Assembly (NCBI GenBank): GCA_951406725.2
Contig: OX597825.1
Span: forward strand, 31,372,001-31,436,000
DNA from: Octopus vulgaris
Taxonomy: Eukaryota
Length of the DNA: 64,000 nt
Reading direction: 5' to 3'
Shown: positions 42,649-55,850 of the stretch, in pieces
Layout of the letters: every line of letters starts with the position of its first letter
How positions within the stretch are numbered: position 1 is the stretch's first letter
The notes under the pieces: generated by a model
Told to the model about the DNA's origin: nothing
Databases searched by the model: none
The model's input: only the letters and a program-made list of their open reading frames with translations
Made by a program: the position numbers and the translations under genes

Positions 42649-43070
42649 CAAAGTTGAGTTGTGGGGTATCGCACGAGTGGAATTATATACGAAAGAAGGT
42701 TTGAAAATGCAATTTAAAAGATGTTTATTTACTTAACCGGTTTCACTCTTTGGAAAAAGATTGTCAAAAGTAACATAGAATATTATGAATTCAAAAAAAA
42801 TTTACATAATTGCCACATTACATGTATATATACAGCCTTTGGTAACAGGGACATGTTAAGGACATTACAACTATTTATAACTGTTACTCCGTCGAAGGTT
42901 GTATATATACATATATTTTCCGAGCACACAATCTCAGATGAAGTCACTTGCTATCCAAGTACATCTCTCTAAATAGAAGGATTATATATCTATGAAATGT
43001 TCTATTGTTTTAACTGAAATGAAAATAAAACTTCGTATTGACATTACCAGCCTTCGCATATATATAGTAT
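42178..43070. repeat. Local direct duplications around a hammerhead-bearing element
   Basis: 42178-42378 is repeated at about 42868-43070; about 41737-42040 is repeated at about 42379-42630. Confidence 0.8.
42729..42773 (-). ncRNA. Minimal hammerhead motif, U3-A8 core variant
   Basis: TTACTT-TTGACAA-TCTTT(ttcc)AAAGA-gt-GAAA-CCGG-TT-AAGTAA. Confidence 0.7.
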
Positions 43071-43584
43071 ATTTGATAACGTACCTCATGCGGAAATACA
43101 CACTGTGAGATAAATACGCTCATACACTCGCACGCATACATTCACAGACAGATATAGTCATATACAAAATATGACGTCTTTGTGGTTAACCCGCCCTTAC
43201 ATACATATAGTATGTTTAATAATGTACCTAACGCGGAAAGACGCATACACTGTGAGACATATACACACGCATACACTCACTCCCATACATCGATAGGCAG
43301 ATACACAGTCATATACAAAATGTTACGTAGTCGGTGTCGTCGTGGTTAGAATTAAAAGTAAAAGTATAAAAGTGAAACAATATATCACATTACAATATAT
43401 ATGCTATTGCTTCACTTTTATTCTTTGAGTTTTGACATGGAATATGGAACCAGTGCCAATTTTACACTGTTTTAATCCAAAAAATTACATGTTGATACTC
43501 ACTGGGTCTGATATAATTATCATGTAAAATTTGATTTGACTTGGTTGAGAATGCATTGGGAATAGACAGAGATATAAAGGATTG

Positions 43585-43670
<86 letters not shown>

Positions 43671-43671
<1 letters not shown>

Positions 43672-43910
43672 GTTTCTTTATTGGCCACACAGGGCTGCAC
43701 ACAGATGGGACAAGTTACAAGGTAGAGCTTTTCTTTTGGGGGATGAAAAAAACAAAAAACAAAAGAAACAAAAAAAAGGGGTGGCGTAGGTTTTCGATCA
43801 AGAGGGATCGTAAAAGGGAAGAAAAGAACAAAAAAAATAAAAGAAAATAAAAGAAAAGAAAAAAGAAAAAGAAAAAAAGAAAAGGAAAAGGAACAAAAGA
43901 AAAGAGAAAT
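43671..43910 (-). mobile_element. Tx1-like non-LTR 3' UTR inserted in (GATA)n
   Basis: Same 3' terminus as the copies at 50441 and 50953; (GATA)n on both sides. Confidence 0.75.
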
Positions 43911-44003
<93 letters not shown>

Positions 44004-45611
44004 GTAGCTAGTCAAATATATCGACACCAGGGACTGCCTGATACTTCTTTTATCGATCCCGAAAAAGTGAAAGTCAAAGTTGACCTTGGTGAAATTCGAA
44101 CTAGAATTGCAAAGACAGAAGAAATGCTTCTCAGTAATTTTTCCGGCACGTTAAGGTGGCGAAATGGCAGAATCTTTAGCTCGCCGCATTAACGTGCTTT
44201 TTAATAATTATTTAGTAACATCAGCATATAAATGTTTTAAAGAAAAACAAAATTGCAAGATTGTAATAATTATAAAAATAGCTTAAAAGGCAATATGTAT
44301 ATCCAAATTAACGTGGATGTTGTGTTAGAATACCGAATACTACGAATAAAAACACTCATATTTATATCGTTGGTAGACGAGAGTCGGCTGTGGACACCGA
44401 AACTACCAGGTCATGATATTTCATCCTGCCCAGGCTCTTCAGTGACAGACGTTACTGCTGAATCTCACTGTCCATGATATATAGAACTTCAGTGTCTTTT
44501 CAGGAATTGATGTCGCAAATAGCCGGTAGGTGCATTATATGCATCAGGCATCCATATGAGAGAGCCTCTCATGGTTAATAACGCAGTATTCGGTGTCCTA
44601 ACACAACATCCATGTTAAGGTGGATATAAAGATTGTCTTTTGGTATTAATACTGCTCCCGTTGGTATCAATTATTTTTTAATAAGCCTGCTGGCTATTTG
44701 CGGCATCAGTGCATTGAGAAGTACTTCTTACGTAGGAATTATATTTGAGACTTCAAGAAAAGGATGCATTTCTGAAAGCATCTTGGTTTCAATGTTGTTA
44801 TCCATATGTCATCACCATGGATTCTTCTGTTGCGGGCGACAGATGAGGTCTTTGCAATGTCATGCTGCACTATCTGCACATGGTTTGTTTATATTGACCA
44901 AATATTTGCACTGCACATTAGAACATTCCCTCCATCAAATTAACATCGCAGGTACAGGTGCACAAGTGTGCCACACGTCATATGTCGAAATGATTGCCGA
45001 GCAACGTGAAATGAAGTATTTTGCTCAAGAACACAATGCACCCCTCCTATCAGGGAATCGAAACCACGATCTCGTGATCTTGAGCGCAATACCCTAATCA
45101 CTAGGTTACACGCCTTCACTATGTACGCTTTAACTAAAAGTGGATTTGTTGCGATATGATTTTCAGGCGAAATTTAGGTTTTGAAAATGAAGAGAAGATA
45201 GCAAGAGATGAAATTTAAATGAATTCGTGTTGATATGTATGCTGTGTTTGTTTGTAAAACTAATATGGATATTCTAAGAGAATAAATACAGCTCTCTTGC
45301 AGCGTATTAGCACGATACTTAGTCTTGAAAATAGTAGTACGAGACACCTAAAAATGGCCCTGTGTTTGAGGAGTATTGTATTGTAGTAAATGAGGGAAGA
45401 TTAACAAGAGACAAGAGAAGAAAATTAAAATTTAAAATCAATGAATGCCAGAAGCAAATAAATGCATTTAGAGTAAGGTATAGATAGATGATGCCAAAAC
45501 CTAAGAATTATTTCTATATTGGAGTGAGGGTGTCTGTATATGAGGGGAGGGGAATATGAGCATAAAGACACACACACACACATACATACACATACACACA
45601 CATACATATAT

Positions 45612-45642
<31 letters not shown>

Positions 45643-45665
45643 CGTGTATGTATATATGTATGTAT

Positions 45666-45722
<57 letters not shown>

Positions 45723-45816
45723 TCCAATTCGTCTTGATCGCGCTATATTTTCCCATCTTGACCGAAATCGCTCAACTAGATCGTCTTTCTGTTACTTCTG
45801 CAAAATATTAATAAAA

Positions 45817-45847
<31 letters not shown>

Positions 45848-46019
45848 CTATCTCTTTTATACGTTTCAGCTCTAGGGCTGTGGCCATGCTGGGGCTCCGT
45901 ATCGCATCGAAGACGTATGAGTGCTCAGTGAGAAGACAGTAAAAGAAATCCAACCAAACAGACAATCAACCACACATTCACACTACAATTACTACCATTC
46001 ACCAATGTTTGTAATTCAT

Positions 46020-46400
46020 TCACTTCGCCTGATGACTCTTCACGTGTGTCTTCAGGTCACCAAAAGCAGTATGGATATGAGTATGACTTACTGAACCGGC
46101 AAGTCATCTAGCCGAGAAATCACAATGTGGATAATGGTGGTTGTTCTGTTGGTTTATTTTCCTATTCTCTTGATGAATTATTCGTTGAGTTATTTGAACA
46201 TGGAAGGTAACCTGGTCCAACACGAGCATTAAAATCTCTCAACAGAAAAATTTTATTTTTATTGAGAATTTGGTCCAGTAATATTTGTAAATCGGAATCG
46301 AACTTATTTTTAGCTGCGCCTGTAGAACCAAGTGCTGGTACATAAGCACTCACCAGTATGGCATATTTTTCTAAGCCAATTGAGATTTGCAATAACATAT
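46020..46400 (-). mobile_element. RTE-like LINE APE endonuclease fragment
   Basis: LVSAYVPAL..KNKFDSDL...IFLLRDFNARVG, matching the GDFNARVG motif. Confidence 0.8.
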
Positions 46401-46679
46401 CTATTATATAAATCCGTTCTGTCTGTGTGTGTGTGTGTTTTCTAGGATCTTGGGCGTCCTCCATCAGATTGCGCTCAAATTAGATGTGTAGATACCGACA
46501 GTATCTGGGCGTGTATAAACCTTGAAAAAAATTACAAAAATCCATTCCAGGTGAGAATGCAATCGATAAATCCGTGGAAACCTGCATTTGTACGCGCAAG
46601 TATATCAGCTGTTGCGATCGATACTACGCGTACGCGAGAAATATGTGTGTGTGTGTATACATATATATACATACATACA

Positions 46680-46728
<49 letters not shown>

Positions 46729-46732
<4 letters not shown>

Positions 46733-47653
46733 TAATAAATAAAATAAAACATATGCATATATATAAACATATATGTACGTACCTACCTCTACATGTACAT
46801 ATACACGCATATATGAGTACAGGACACCAAAAGGACGTCGAACACAATGAGAAACGAAAACATAGACACAAACCAAAGGAACTGGACATTTTCTTTAAAC
46901 AACAAATTAACACAAAGAAAAAAGCCCTTCTTCAGTCGCTATGGTTTCATCTACTCTACGTTTCGAAGGATAAAAGCGAGACGTATCTTCGACAAGAAAC
47001 TTTCCTTCCTGCGAAAAGCAAATCAATTAAAATTCTGAGATCTTTTCGCAGAGGAGTAAAAAATGGTAACAAAAACAGGACAGTAACGACAGTACAAATT
47101 ATAAACAGTAAAAGACAGGACAAGGAAAAACAAGATAAGAAGGGCTGTTAACGCCGAACGAAAAAAAGTATTGCGAACGCGGATTTTTTTTATGAACGAC
47201 GAGCGGAGCAAAAAGAATTGTAGTCCATACCTTGAGAGGGCCAGGCCAGAAAGACAGCAGCGGAAGTCTCGTCGCGGGTCAACGACGGGAGGAAGGAGGA
47301 GGAGCAAGAGAAAGGGAGAGAAGAAGGGGAATGGCGGCGAGGAAACCATGAAGAATGGAGAGGGGGAGAGAGAGAGTGAAGAATGAGAGAGAGGAAGAGA
47401 CAAGTTAATTAGAGGAAAAGGAAATCAAAGAATGAAGGCTGAGAAAGGGATGGGACAGAAAGGTTAAGAGTGCGCATCAAAGTTAATATCAAGAACAAAA
47501 CTTGATATAAAGAACAATCTTACTTAAAAGGGATGTGTGCGTTTCGTCATATAATATATTAATAAATAAAATAAAATATATGCATATATATAAACATATA
47601 TGTACGTACCTACCTCTACATGTACATATACACGCATATATGAGTACAGGACA
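46729..47653. mobile_element. Element bounded by direct repeats of about 100 bp (PLE-like partial tandem)
   Basis: TATTAATAAATAAAATAAA...GAGTACAGGACA occurs at about 46729-46825 and 47557-47653, next to (TA)n. Confidence 0.6.
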
Positions 47654-47809
47654 AAAGTACAACAGGGGTCGCCACCACACCCTGCCGGAGCCTCGTGGAG
47701 CTTTTTAGGTGTTTTCGCTCAATAAACACGCACAACGCCCGGTCTGGGAATCGAAACCACGATCCGCGGACCGCGAGTCCGCTGCCCTAACCACTGGGCC
47801 ATTGCACCT
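47654..47809 (-). mobile_element. SINE head C fragment
   Basis: Nearly identical to 48890-49048, including the adjacent flank. Confidence 0.8.
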
Positions 47810-47819
47810 CCTTGTTTAT

Positions 47820-47855
<36 letters not shown>

Positions 47856-48234
47856 GTATGTATATGTGTGTGTGTGTGTGTATGTATGTACACATGCATA
47901 CATACTATATGAGTATAATATTACAATTCATAAGAGGAATGACCACTAAAGTTGATTCCTATACGCTAGAGATAGACGTCAAATCGCCTTAACACAAAGA
48001 GTGAGTTCTCAAGAAGAAACCCAGCAAACGCGTTTCTTGAGAACGCACTCTTTGTGGTAAGGCAATTTGACGTCTATCTCTAGCGTATAGGAATCCACTT
48101 TGGAAGTCATTCCTCTTATTAATTGTAATATAATTTTTGAATCTTCGGATTCTTTTTTTTTTTTTGAATATGCTAGACCACTGGTTTAAATTGATGTTTA
48201 TTGATTGATATCAATTTCTACATTCGTTATTTTG

Positions 48235-48343
<109 letters not shown>

Positions 48344-48479
48344 CCAAAAAATATTGGGTGCGTCGGTGCAAATTTATGTTTATGAATGAATATATTTTTA
48401 TATATAATATGTATGCATACTGGTGGACACGTGTGGAGATATATGTCTATGTCCATATACAAGTGTGTGCATATGTATG

Positions 48480-48655
48480 ATTGGTACAAAAGTAAATTTA
48501 TAATGTGGACATAGAAGCTGAAGGTTTCTAAACAGTTGTCCATAATTATCCTCTTTCTCTTTGACTTTCAAAGAGATATTCACACCAGCCGCACAGCTGA
48601 CCTCCATGATGTTCCAAGCAACAATATCCGGCCTGTTATATTTACACTTGACTGA
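48480..48655 (-). mobile_element. RLE non-LTR endonuclease fragment
   Basis: KYNRPDIVAW..EVSC...KVKEKEDNYGQL...FVPII. Confidence 0.7.
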
Positions 48656-48749
48656 ACGTATCCATATATATGCATACAAGTACATACATACATAGAAGCA
48701 TTACTTTGCATAAATTTGTATGTTTATACACAATAAAAAAAAACGTCAC

Positions 48750-49048
48750 CCTTTACAAGCCTAGCCAGGCTCATGGGCCCGGCTTCCCAGTTTCTGTGAC
48801 GTATGTGTTCCCCCCAGCTGGACGGGGCGCCAGTCTATCACAGCATTACTCAAGAACCAGGAAGAGAGAATGAGAGAAGGTTGTGGCGAAAAAGTACAAC
48901 AGGGGTCGCCACCACACCCTGCCGGAGCCTCGTGGAGCTTTTTTGGTGTTTTCGATCAATAAACACGCACAACGCCCGGTCTGGGAATCGAAACCACGAT
49001 CCTCCGACCGCGTGTCCGCTGCCCTAACCACTGGGCCATTGCACCTCC
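48750..49048 (-). mobile_element. tRNA-derived SINE (head C, tail Y)
   Basis: Head matches the 60573 copy; tail matches the 33195 copy. Confidence 0.8.
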
Positions 49049-49053
49049 TTGTT

Positions 49054-49092
<39 letters not shown>

Positions 49093-49460
49093 GTATGTAT
49101 ATGTGTGTGTGTGTGTATGTATGTACACATGCATACACACCAGTATTCAATAACAGAGAGAATCTCCATATTTATTCCAGAACAGGCTTTTTGTGAAATG
49201 GCGTTGTATATTGATTACGGATGGCGACGTGTCACAGAAGGAAGAAGTACATTTTTGGGAAGCTGCTAATCACATGTGTGATATCTTCCACAGAAATATG
49301 ACATAATCTATATTTTCAGTTACTTCTTGGAGCTTCTAGACCTTCACTATCTCTTTTGCTTATCAGGTATCTCGTGGCAATTTTCTTTTCTTGGATTGCA
49401 AAATTCATAGTCTTCGAAGTGTTATGGGATGGCACTGTCCGAAATTGAGTTTCAGCCACC

Positions 49461-50045
49461 ATGTATGTATGTATGTATGTATGTATGTATGTATGTATGT
49501 ATGTATGTATGTATGTATGTATGTGTGTGTGTATGTATGTATGTATGTATGTATATATGTATATATGCATGTGTGTATGTATGTATGTATGTATCTATGT
49601 AGTATGTATGTATGTATGTATTTATGTATGTATGTATGTTTGTATGTATGTATGTATGTATGTATGCAGGTACGCATGTATATATGTATGTATGTATGTA
49701 TGCATGTATATATGTATGTTTGTATGTATGTATGTATCTATGTATGTATGTATGTATGTATATATGTATATATGCATGTGTGTATGTATGTATGTATGTA
49801 TGTATGTATCTATGTAGTATGTATGTATGTATGTATGTATGTATGCATGTATATATGTATGTTTGTATGTATGTATGTATGTATGTATGTATGTGTGTAT
49901 GTATGTATGTGTGTATGTATGTATGTATGTATGAGTGTATTATGTGCGTGTGTATGTATGTATGCGTGCTTGAGTGTATGTATGTATGTATGTGCATATG
50001 TGTGTATGCATGTACATATGTATATGTGTGTGCGTGTGTTTATGT
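49461..50045. repeat. Long compound (ATGT)n tract with higher-order duplication
   Basis: The variant block GTATATATGTATATATGCATGTGTG...CTATGTAGT recurs within the tract. Confidence 0.9.
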
Positions 50046-50046
50046 G

Positions 50047-50290
50047 AAGATGCGTGGCTTAGTGGTTAGGGTATTCGGTTACGACCGTAAGATCATGATT
50101 TCGGTTCCCGGTGACGCATTATGTCCTTGAGCATGATAATTTCCTCCACGTTGCTTTAGTCCACTCAGCTGGCATATACGAGTTGTAACTGTATTTTAAA
50201 GGGCCAGCCTTGTCACATTCTGTGTCACGCCGAGTACTCCACACATTAATTGCACATTAATTTCACGAGCAGGCTGTCCCGTTGAGCGTA
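50047..50290 (+). mobile_element. tRNA-derived SINE (head D, tail X)
   Basis: Head GCGTGGCTTAGTGGTTAGGG; tail GCCTTGTCAC...TTAATTTCACGAGCAGGCTGT as in the 60573 copy. Confidence 0.75.
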
Positions 50291-50440
50291 TCAGTTGACA
50301 GAATCGTTAGCACACCGGAGAAATTACTCAGAGGCATTTCTTCCGGTTTTACGTTCTGCATTCAAATTCCGCCGAAGTTGACTTGCCTTTCTTCCTTTTA
50401 GAGTCGATAAAATAAGTACCAGCTGAGAGATAGATAGATA

Positions 50441-50869
50441 AGTTTCTTTATTGGCCACACAGGGCTGCACACAGATGGGACAAGTTACAAGGAAGAGCTT
50501 TTCTTTTGGGGGAGAAAAAAAAGGTTTTCGATCTAAAGGGATCATAAAAGGGAAAAAAGAACAAAAAAAAGGAAAAGAAAAAAAGAAGAAAAAAAAGGAA
50601 AAGAAGAGAAAAAAGAAAAAAGGGAAAAAAAGAAAAGAAAAATGAAAAAAAGAAGAAAAAAAAAGGTAAAAAGGGGAGAGGAAAAAAAACGATCAATAGG
50701 GATCGCGTATCACAGTGTCATGATGTATGGTGTAAAGGGGAAAGCAAGTAAGGTTTATCTGTGGGAAGAAAAGCCTACGAAAAAGACCCCGGTAACCTTG
50801 GTCAATATTGTTATATGTTACCACATTTGTTTGCAAGTGGGAAACTCTCTGTTTTCAATTTCTGGGTTC

Positions 50870-50948
<79 letters not shown>

Positions 50949-51424
50949 CAGATTTGTTTCTTTATTGGCTACATAAGGCTGAACACAGAGGGGACCAAAT
51001 ACTAAGTAGAACTTTTCTTTTAGGGAAGAAGAAGAGAAAAATAAGTGGGTCGAATTTCATTCAAAAGGGACCGTGGAAAAAAAAAAGGCCGATCAATAGG
51101 GATCGTGTATCACAGAAATGTCAATGTAAAAAGGGAAAAACAGATTAGGTTTATCCGTCGAAAGAAAAGCTTACAGAAAAGACCACGGTAACCTTGGGCA
51201 ATAATGTCATCCAAAAACGCTTATTACAGTAAGTGACTCTCTTTTTTCCTTTCTTTTTTTTTTTCTTGGTTCATAGGATTATGCTCAAGCTGGCTCCGTC
51301 ATCACACGTGCCACTCTTGCTACATTCACCCACCTTTGTTTGAAACATTCACTAGACAAAACTTCCCTCTCGGCTCTCATATTCCTCTTCAAGTGATACT
51401 TGGAGAAGTTGATTAGAGATTCAC
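50441..51424 (-). mobile_element. Two successive Tx1-like 3' ends in one (GATA)n array
   Basis: Copies at 50441-50869 and about 50953-51424. The second retains an ORF end LINFSKYHLKRNMRAEREVLSSECFKQRWVNVA. Confidence 0.75.
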
Positions 51425-51572
<148 letters not shown>

Positions 51573-51798
51573 GGACTGACGGATGGATGGATGGATAGAT
51601 GGATAGATAGACAGACAGTGACAGACAGACAGATAGATAGATAGAGAGACAGAGAGAGAAAGAGAGTGTGATAGATAGGTATACAGAGAGAGAGGGGGGA
51701 GGCAGACACACAGACAGACGGATATGTAGACAGGCAGAGACAGAGACAGACAGATAGACAGATATAGTGACAGACAGACAAAGTGACAGTCGGGCAGG

Positions 51799-51873
<75 letters not shown>

Positions 51874-52236
51874 ACAGGCAGGCAGACAGGCAGACAGAGA
51901 GGGAGACAGACAAACAGGCAGACAGATAGATAGAGAAAGAAAGAGTGAGATGGTAGGAGGAGAGATTGTTAAGTTCTTCCCACTTTTTGATGTAGTTGAA
52001 ATTTTTCCAGGATGTTTTATCATGTTTTCTCCCCTGATGTAACTTCTTTATTATTAATTTCTAGGGGAAATGAATGCGGTTTCCGTCATCAGCATGCACA
52101 ACTGTACTTCTTTAAGAATAATTTGGTGGAGATTTGAAACATTTCATGTGGCTGATAGAAATTTAGCAAGATGCGATAGATAGAAAAGACGTTTTTATTG
52201 ATAGACACTAAGATAAGAAAAAGAAGGTAGACAGAC

Positions 52237-52349
<113 letters not shown>

Positions 52350-52411
52350 CAGTCGGGCAGGCAGAAAGTCAGACAGTCAGACAGACAGATAGATATATAG
52401 ACAGACATTCA

Positions 52412-52442
<31 letters not shown>

Positions 52443-52446
<4 letters not shown>

Positions 52447-53138
52447 CATAATTAAGGGCAAACGAAAAAATTTCTAATGCCAGATATGCCGAAAAATTGG
52501 ACAAATTGTCCATTAACCATATAATTTTTTCACAATATGCACGCTACTCGAAAAAAGGTCGACAGAAATTGATAAAATTTTTTGGGGAAAGGAATATTTT
52601 TTTCGAAAAAAAGATTTTATCCTACATTAGATATAAATTTGAGCGTTCACTTCCGGACTCTTTCACTCTGTGAGAGCATTAGTTCAAATCGCACGTGTCT
52701 TGAATGGGCTGGAGTATTTCTACTTTGGATGTATTTGGGGTACTTAATTGTGTTCATGACTTAGTGTTCGCTTCTTCCATGGGTATGAGTAAGTATCTCA
52801 TTTATTTCTTTTTGCCACATGTATCACCGACGAAGGGTGGGCTGTTATAAGCTAACCATGAAATCGGTTCGATATGGTAATAATGGAATGTTTTAGAAAT
52901 TTCTGTCGACTTTTTTTCGAGTAGCGTGCATATTGTGAAAAAATTATATGGTTAATGGACAATATGTCCAATTTTTCGGCATATCTGGCATTAGAAATTT
53001 TTTCGTTTGCCCTTAATTATGAATTGTTTATAGATTTAACCTTTAAAGGTATTTTTTGATATGCTGGTCATTGATAAAATTTTTGGGGGAAAAGAATATT
53101 TTTCTCGAAAAAAAAAAAATTTATCCTACATTAGATAT
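52443..53138 (+). mobile_element. Non-autonomous PLE-type element with inverted and direct terminal segments, inside (TA)n
   Basis: 52443-52570 is inverted relative to 52898-53025; about 52569-52636 is directly repeated at 53070-53138; internal hammerhead. Confidence 0.8.
52821..52875 (+). ncRNA. Hammerhead motif, U4C core variant, partly decayed
   Basis: GTATCa-CCGACGA-AGGGTGGGCT..AGCTAACCAT-GAAA-TCGG-TT-cGATAT. Confidence 0.65.
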
Positions 53139-53153
53139 ATATATATATATATG

Positions 53154-53292
<139 letters not shown>

Positions 53293-53368
53293 GATAGCAG
53301 ACAGACAGATAAATAGACAGACAGACAGATAGATATATAAACAGACATACAGACAGATATATATATAT

Positions 53369-53460
<92 letters not shown>

Positions 53461-53548
53461 ACAGTCAGACAGGCTGTACAATTAATTAGTAGAGAGACGC
53501 ACATATAGACAGAGAAACACATAAATAGCTAGAGAGAGACACGGACAA

Positions 53549-53583
<35 letters not shown>

Positions 53584-54001
53584 GTCAGACAGACAGTCAG
53601 ACAGACAGACAGTCAGACAGACAGTCAGACAGACAGTCAGACAAACAGACAGAGAAGCAGACAGATAAATAGATACACAATGGCAGGAATATACCTAGTC
53701 TGAAAGAGACTCAGAAAGACAGAAAGTCAGGCATGCAGGCAGGCAGGTAGGCACAACAGAGAGACAGACAGACAGACAGACAGACAGGTATCCATATAAC
53801 GCACTGAAGAAGCGAAACTCATTTTGCCACCCCCGCATTTTAGCTACGTAGCCACCACCTCCCGCCTACATCGCACCACCCACCGTCACTTAAATTCTCT
53901 CTTGTATCACACCCTCTTCCAAATACATTGCACATGCACACACACACACACATACACACACACACACACATCACTCTCTCTCTCTTTCTCTCTCTCTCTT
54001 C

Positions 54002-54039
<38 letters not shown>

Positions 54040-54187
54040 CTCTCGCTATATACACATACATACAAATATGTATATACACATACCTATAAAGGATGTTTTA
54101 TATATATATATATTATATATATTTTTATATATATCTATATATTATATATATTATATATATACATATATATACATATATATACATATA

Positions 54188-54261
<74 letters not shown>

Positions 54262-54480
54262 TTATATATATTTGTATATAAACATGTGTATATATATATA
54301 TATAAATCCACACACCCACATATATGTCTATATATATATATACACACATGCACATATGCACATGCGTACAGCCTCAAACACACACATATTTACATCGTCA
54401 TGCACACATACAACCACAAGAGCACTAACACGCTGCATCTTCTGTAAAACACAAACCAGTACTACTACTCCCATACACAC

Positions 54481-54523
<43 letters not shown>

Positions 54524-54836
54524 CACTTCAGCATAAACACATATACGACCCTACAGCATTATCAACACAAGCCAACCACACGCACACATACACACACACA
54601 GGTACAGTCACATACAGCTTTACTGGGAAAATGCTTGCTTTCACTTTCATTTTCATTTTCACTATTCCTCTTACTGCAACCCCCACACATACAGGCAGGC
54701 AGAGACGCATACAGATAGGTATCTATGCATAAACACACACACAGACACAAACACACACACACACACATATGTATACGTGCGTGCATGTGCGGTGGGGGTG
54801 GGGCTTGCATGTGTGTGTGTGTGTGCATATATATAC

Positions 54837-54923
<87 letters not shown>

Positions 54924-54948
54924 GACAGACAGAGACAGAGAGACAGAC

Positions 54949-54979
<31 letters not shown>

Positions 54980-55030
54980 CAGAGAGATAGGAGAGGAGAG
55001 AGAGATATAAATACACTCACACACACATGC

Positions 55031-55100
<70 letters not shown>

Positions 55101-55810
55101 GTATGTATGTATGTATATGTATATATGCATATAGCATGTAAATGTCTATATATATATATATACATTCAAACATGCATAAACGCGCGCGCACAAACACACA
55201 CTCTACTAAACCTATTAGAGCACATACCACCCACATATTCTCCACACACACGCACACACACACACATATATACACATACACAACACGCGCGCACGCGCTA
55301 ACTTCTTGAGGCAATGGCTTGGCAGAGCCGTTTAGAGCGATAGATAAATTGATATGCGATATTTGTTCTGGTTGTCTCCGCTCTAAGTTCAAATCTTGCT
55401 GCCGTCGACTTCGAAAGTATTTCACTTGTAGCCCCTTTTCGTACCCATACTCGTATACGAACCTCTTTCCCTACACACAACCCCAACCCCGTTATCGTCA
55501 GGTATCTTCGAAATAAACTGCTGCCTTCGCTACACAATAGCAACCACAATAAACGCAACCACCCGATTACTACCACCCGTACCACCGGTATTAATCTCAC
55601 TACACCACTACCACCATGCATGCCATTACGACCCCCACCTCATTATTACAGACGTCAACTTCACCACCCCACCACCACCACCACCACCACCGCCATCATT
55701 ATTGTCACTGTCAGTAACCCTTCCCCCCTCCGTCATCATCACCTTCCTCCTCATCGTGCTCTTCCTCATCATCGTCATCTTCATTCATTATCATCGTCGT
55801 CGTCGTCGTT

Positions 55811-55850
<40 letters not shown>

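Noticed and set aside
44365-44900. Unique-looking stretch with a short inverted repeat (about 44500 and 44690)
   Set aside because: Probably a decayed transposon fragment, but no motif could be assigned, so it was not called.
46028-46058. CCTGATGAC...GTCTTCAGG hairpin with core-like words
   Set aside because: No GAAA/UH elements, and it lies at the edge of a LINE relic.
53802-53830. CTGAAGAAGCGAAAC, hammerhead-like
   Set aside because: No stem II and no convincing stem I or III; likely chance.
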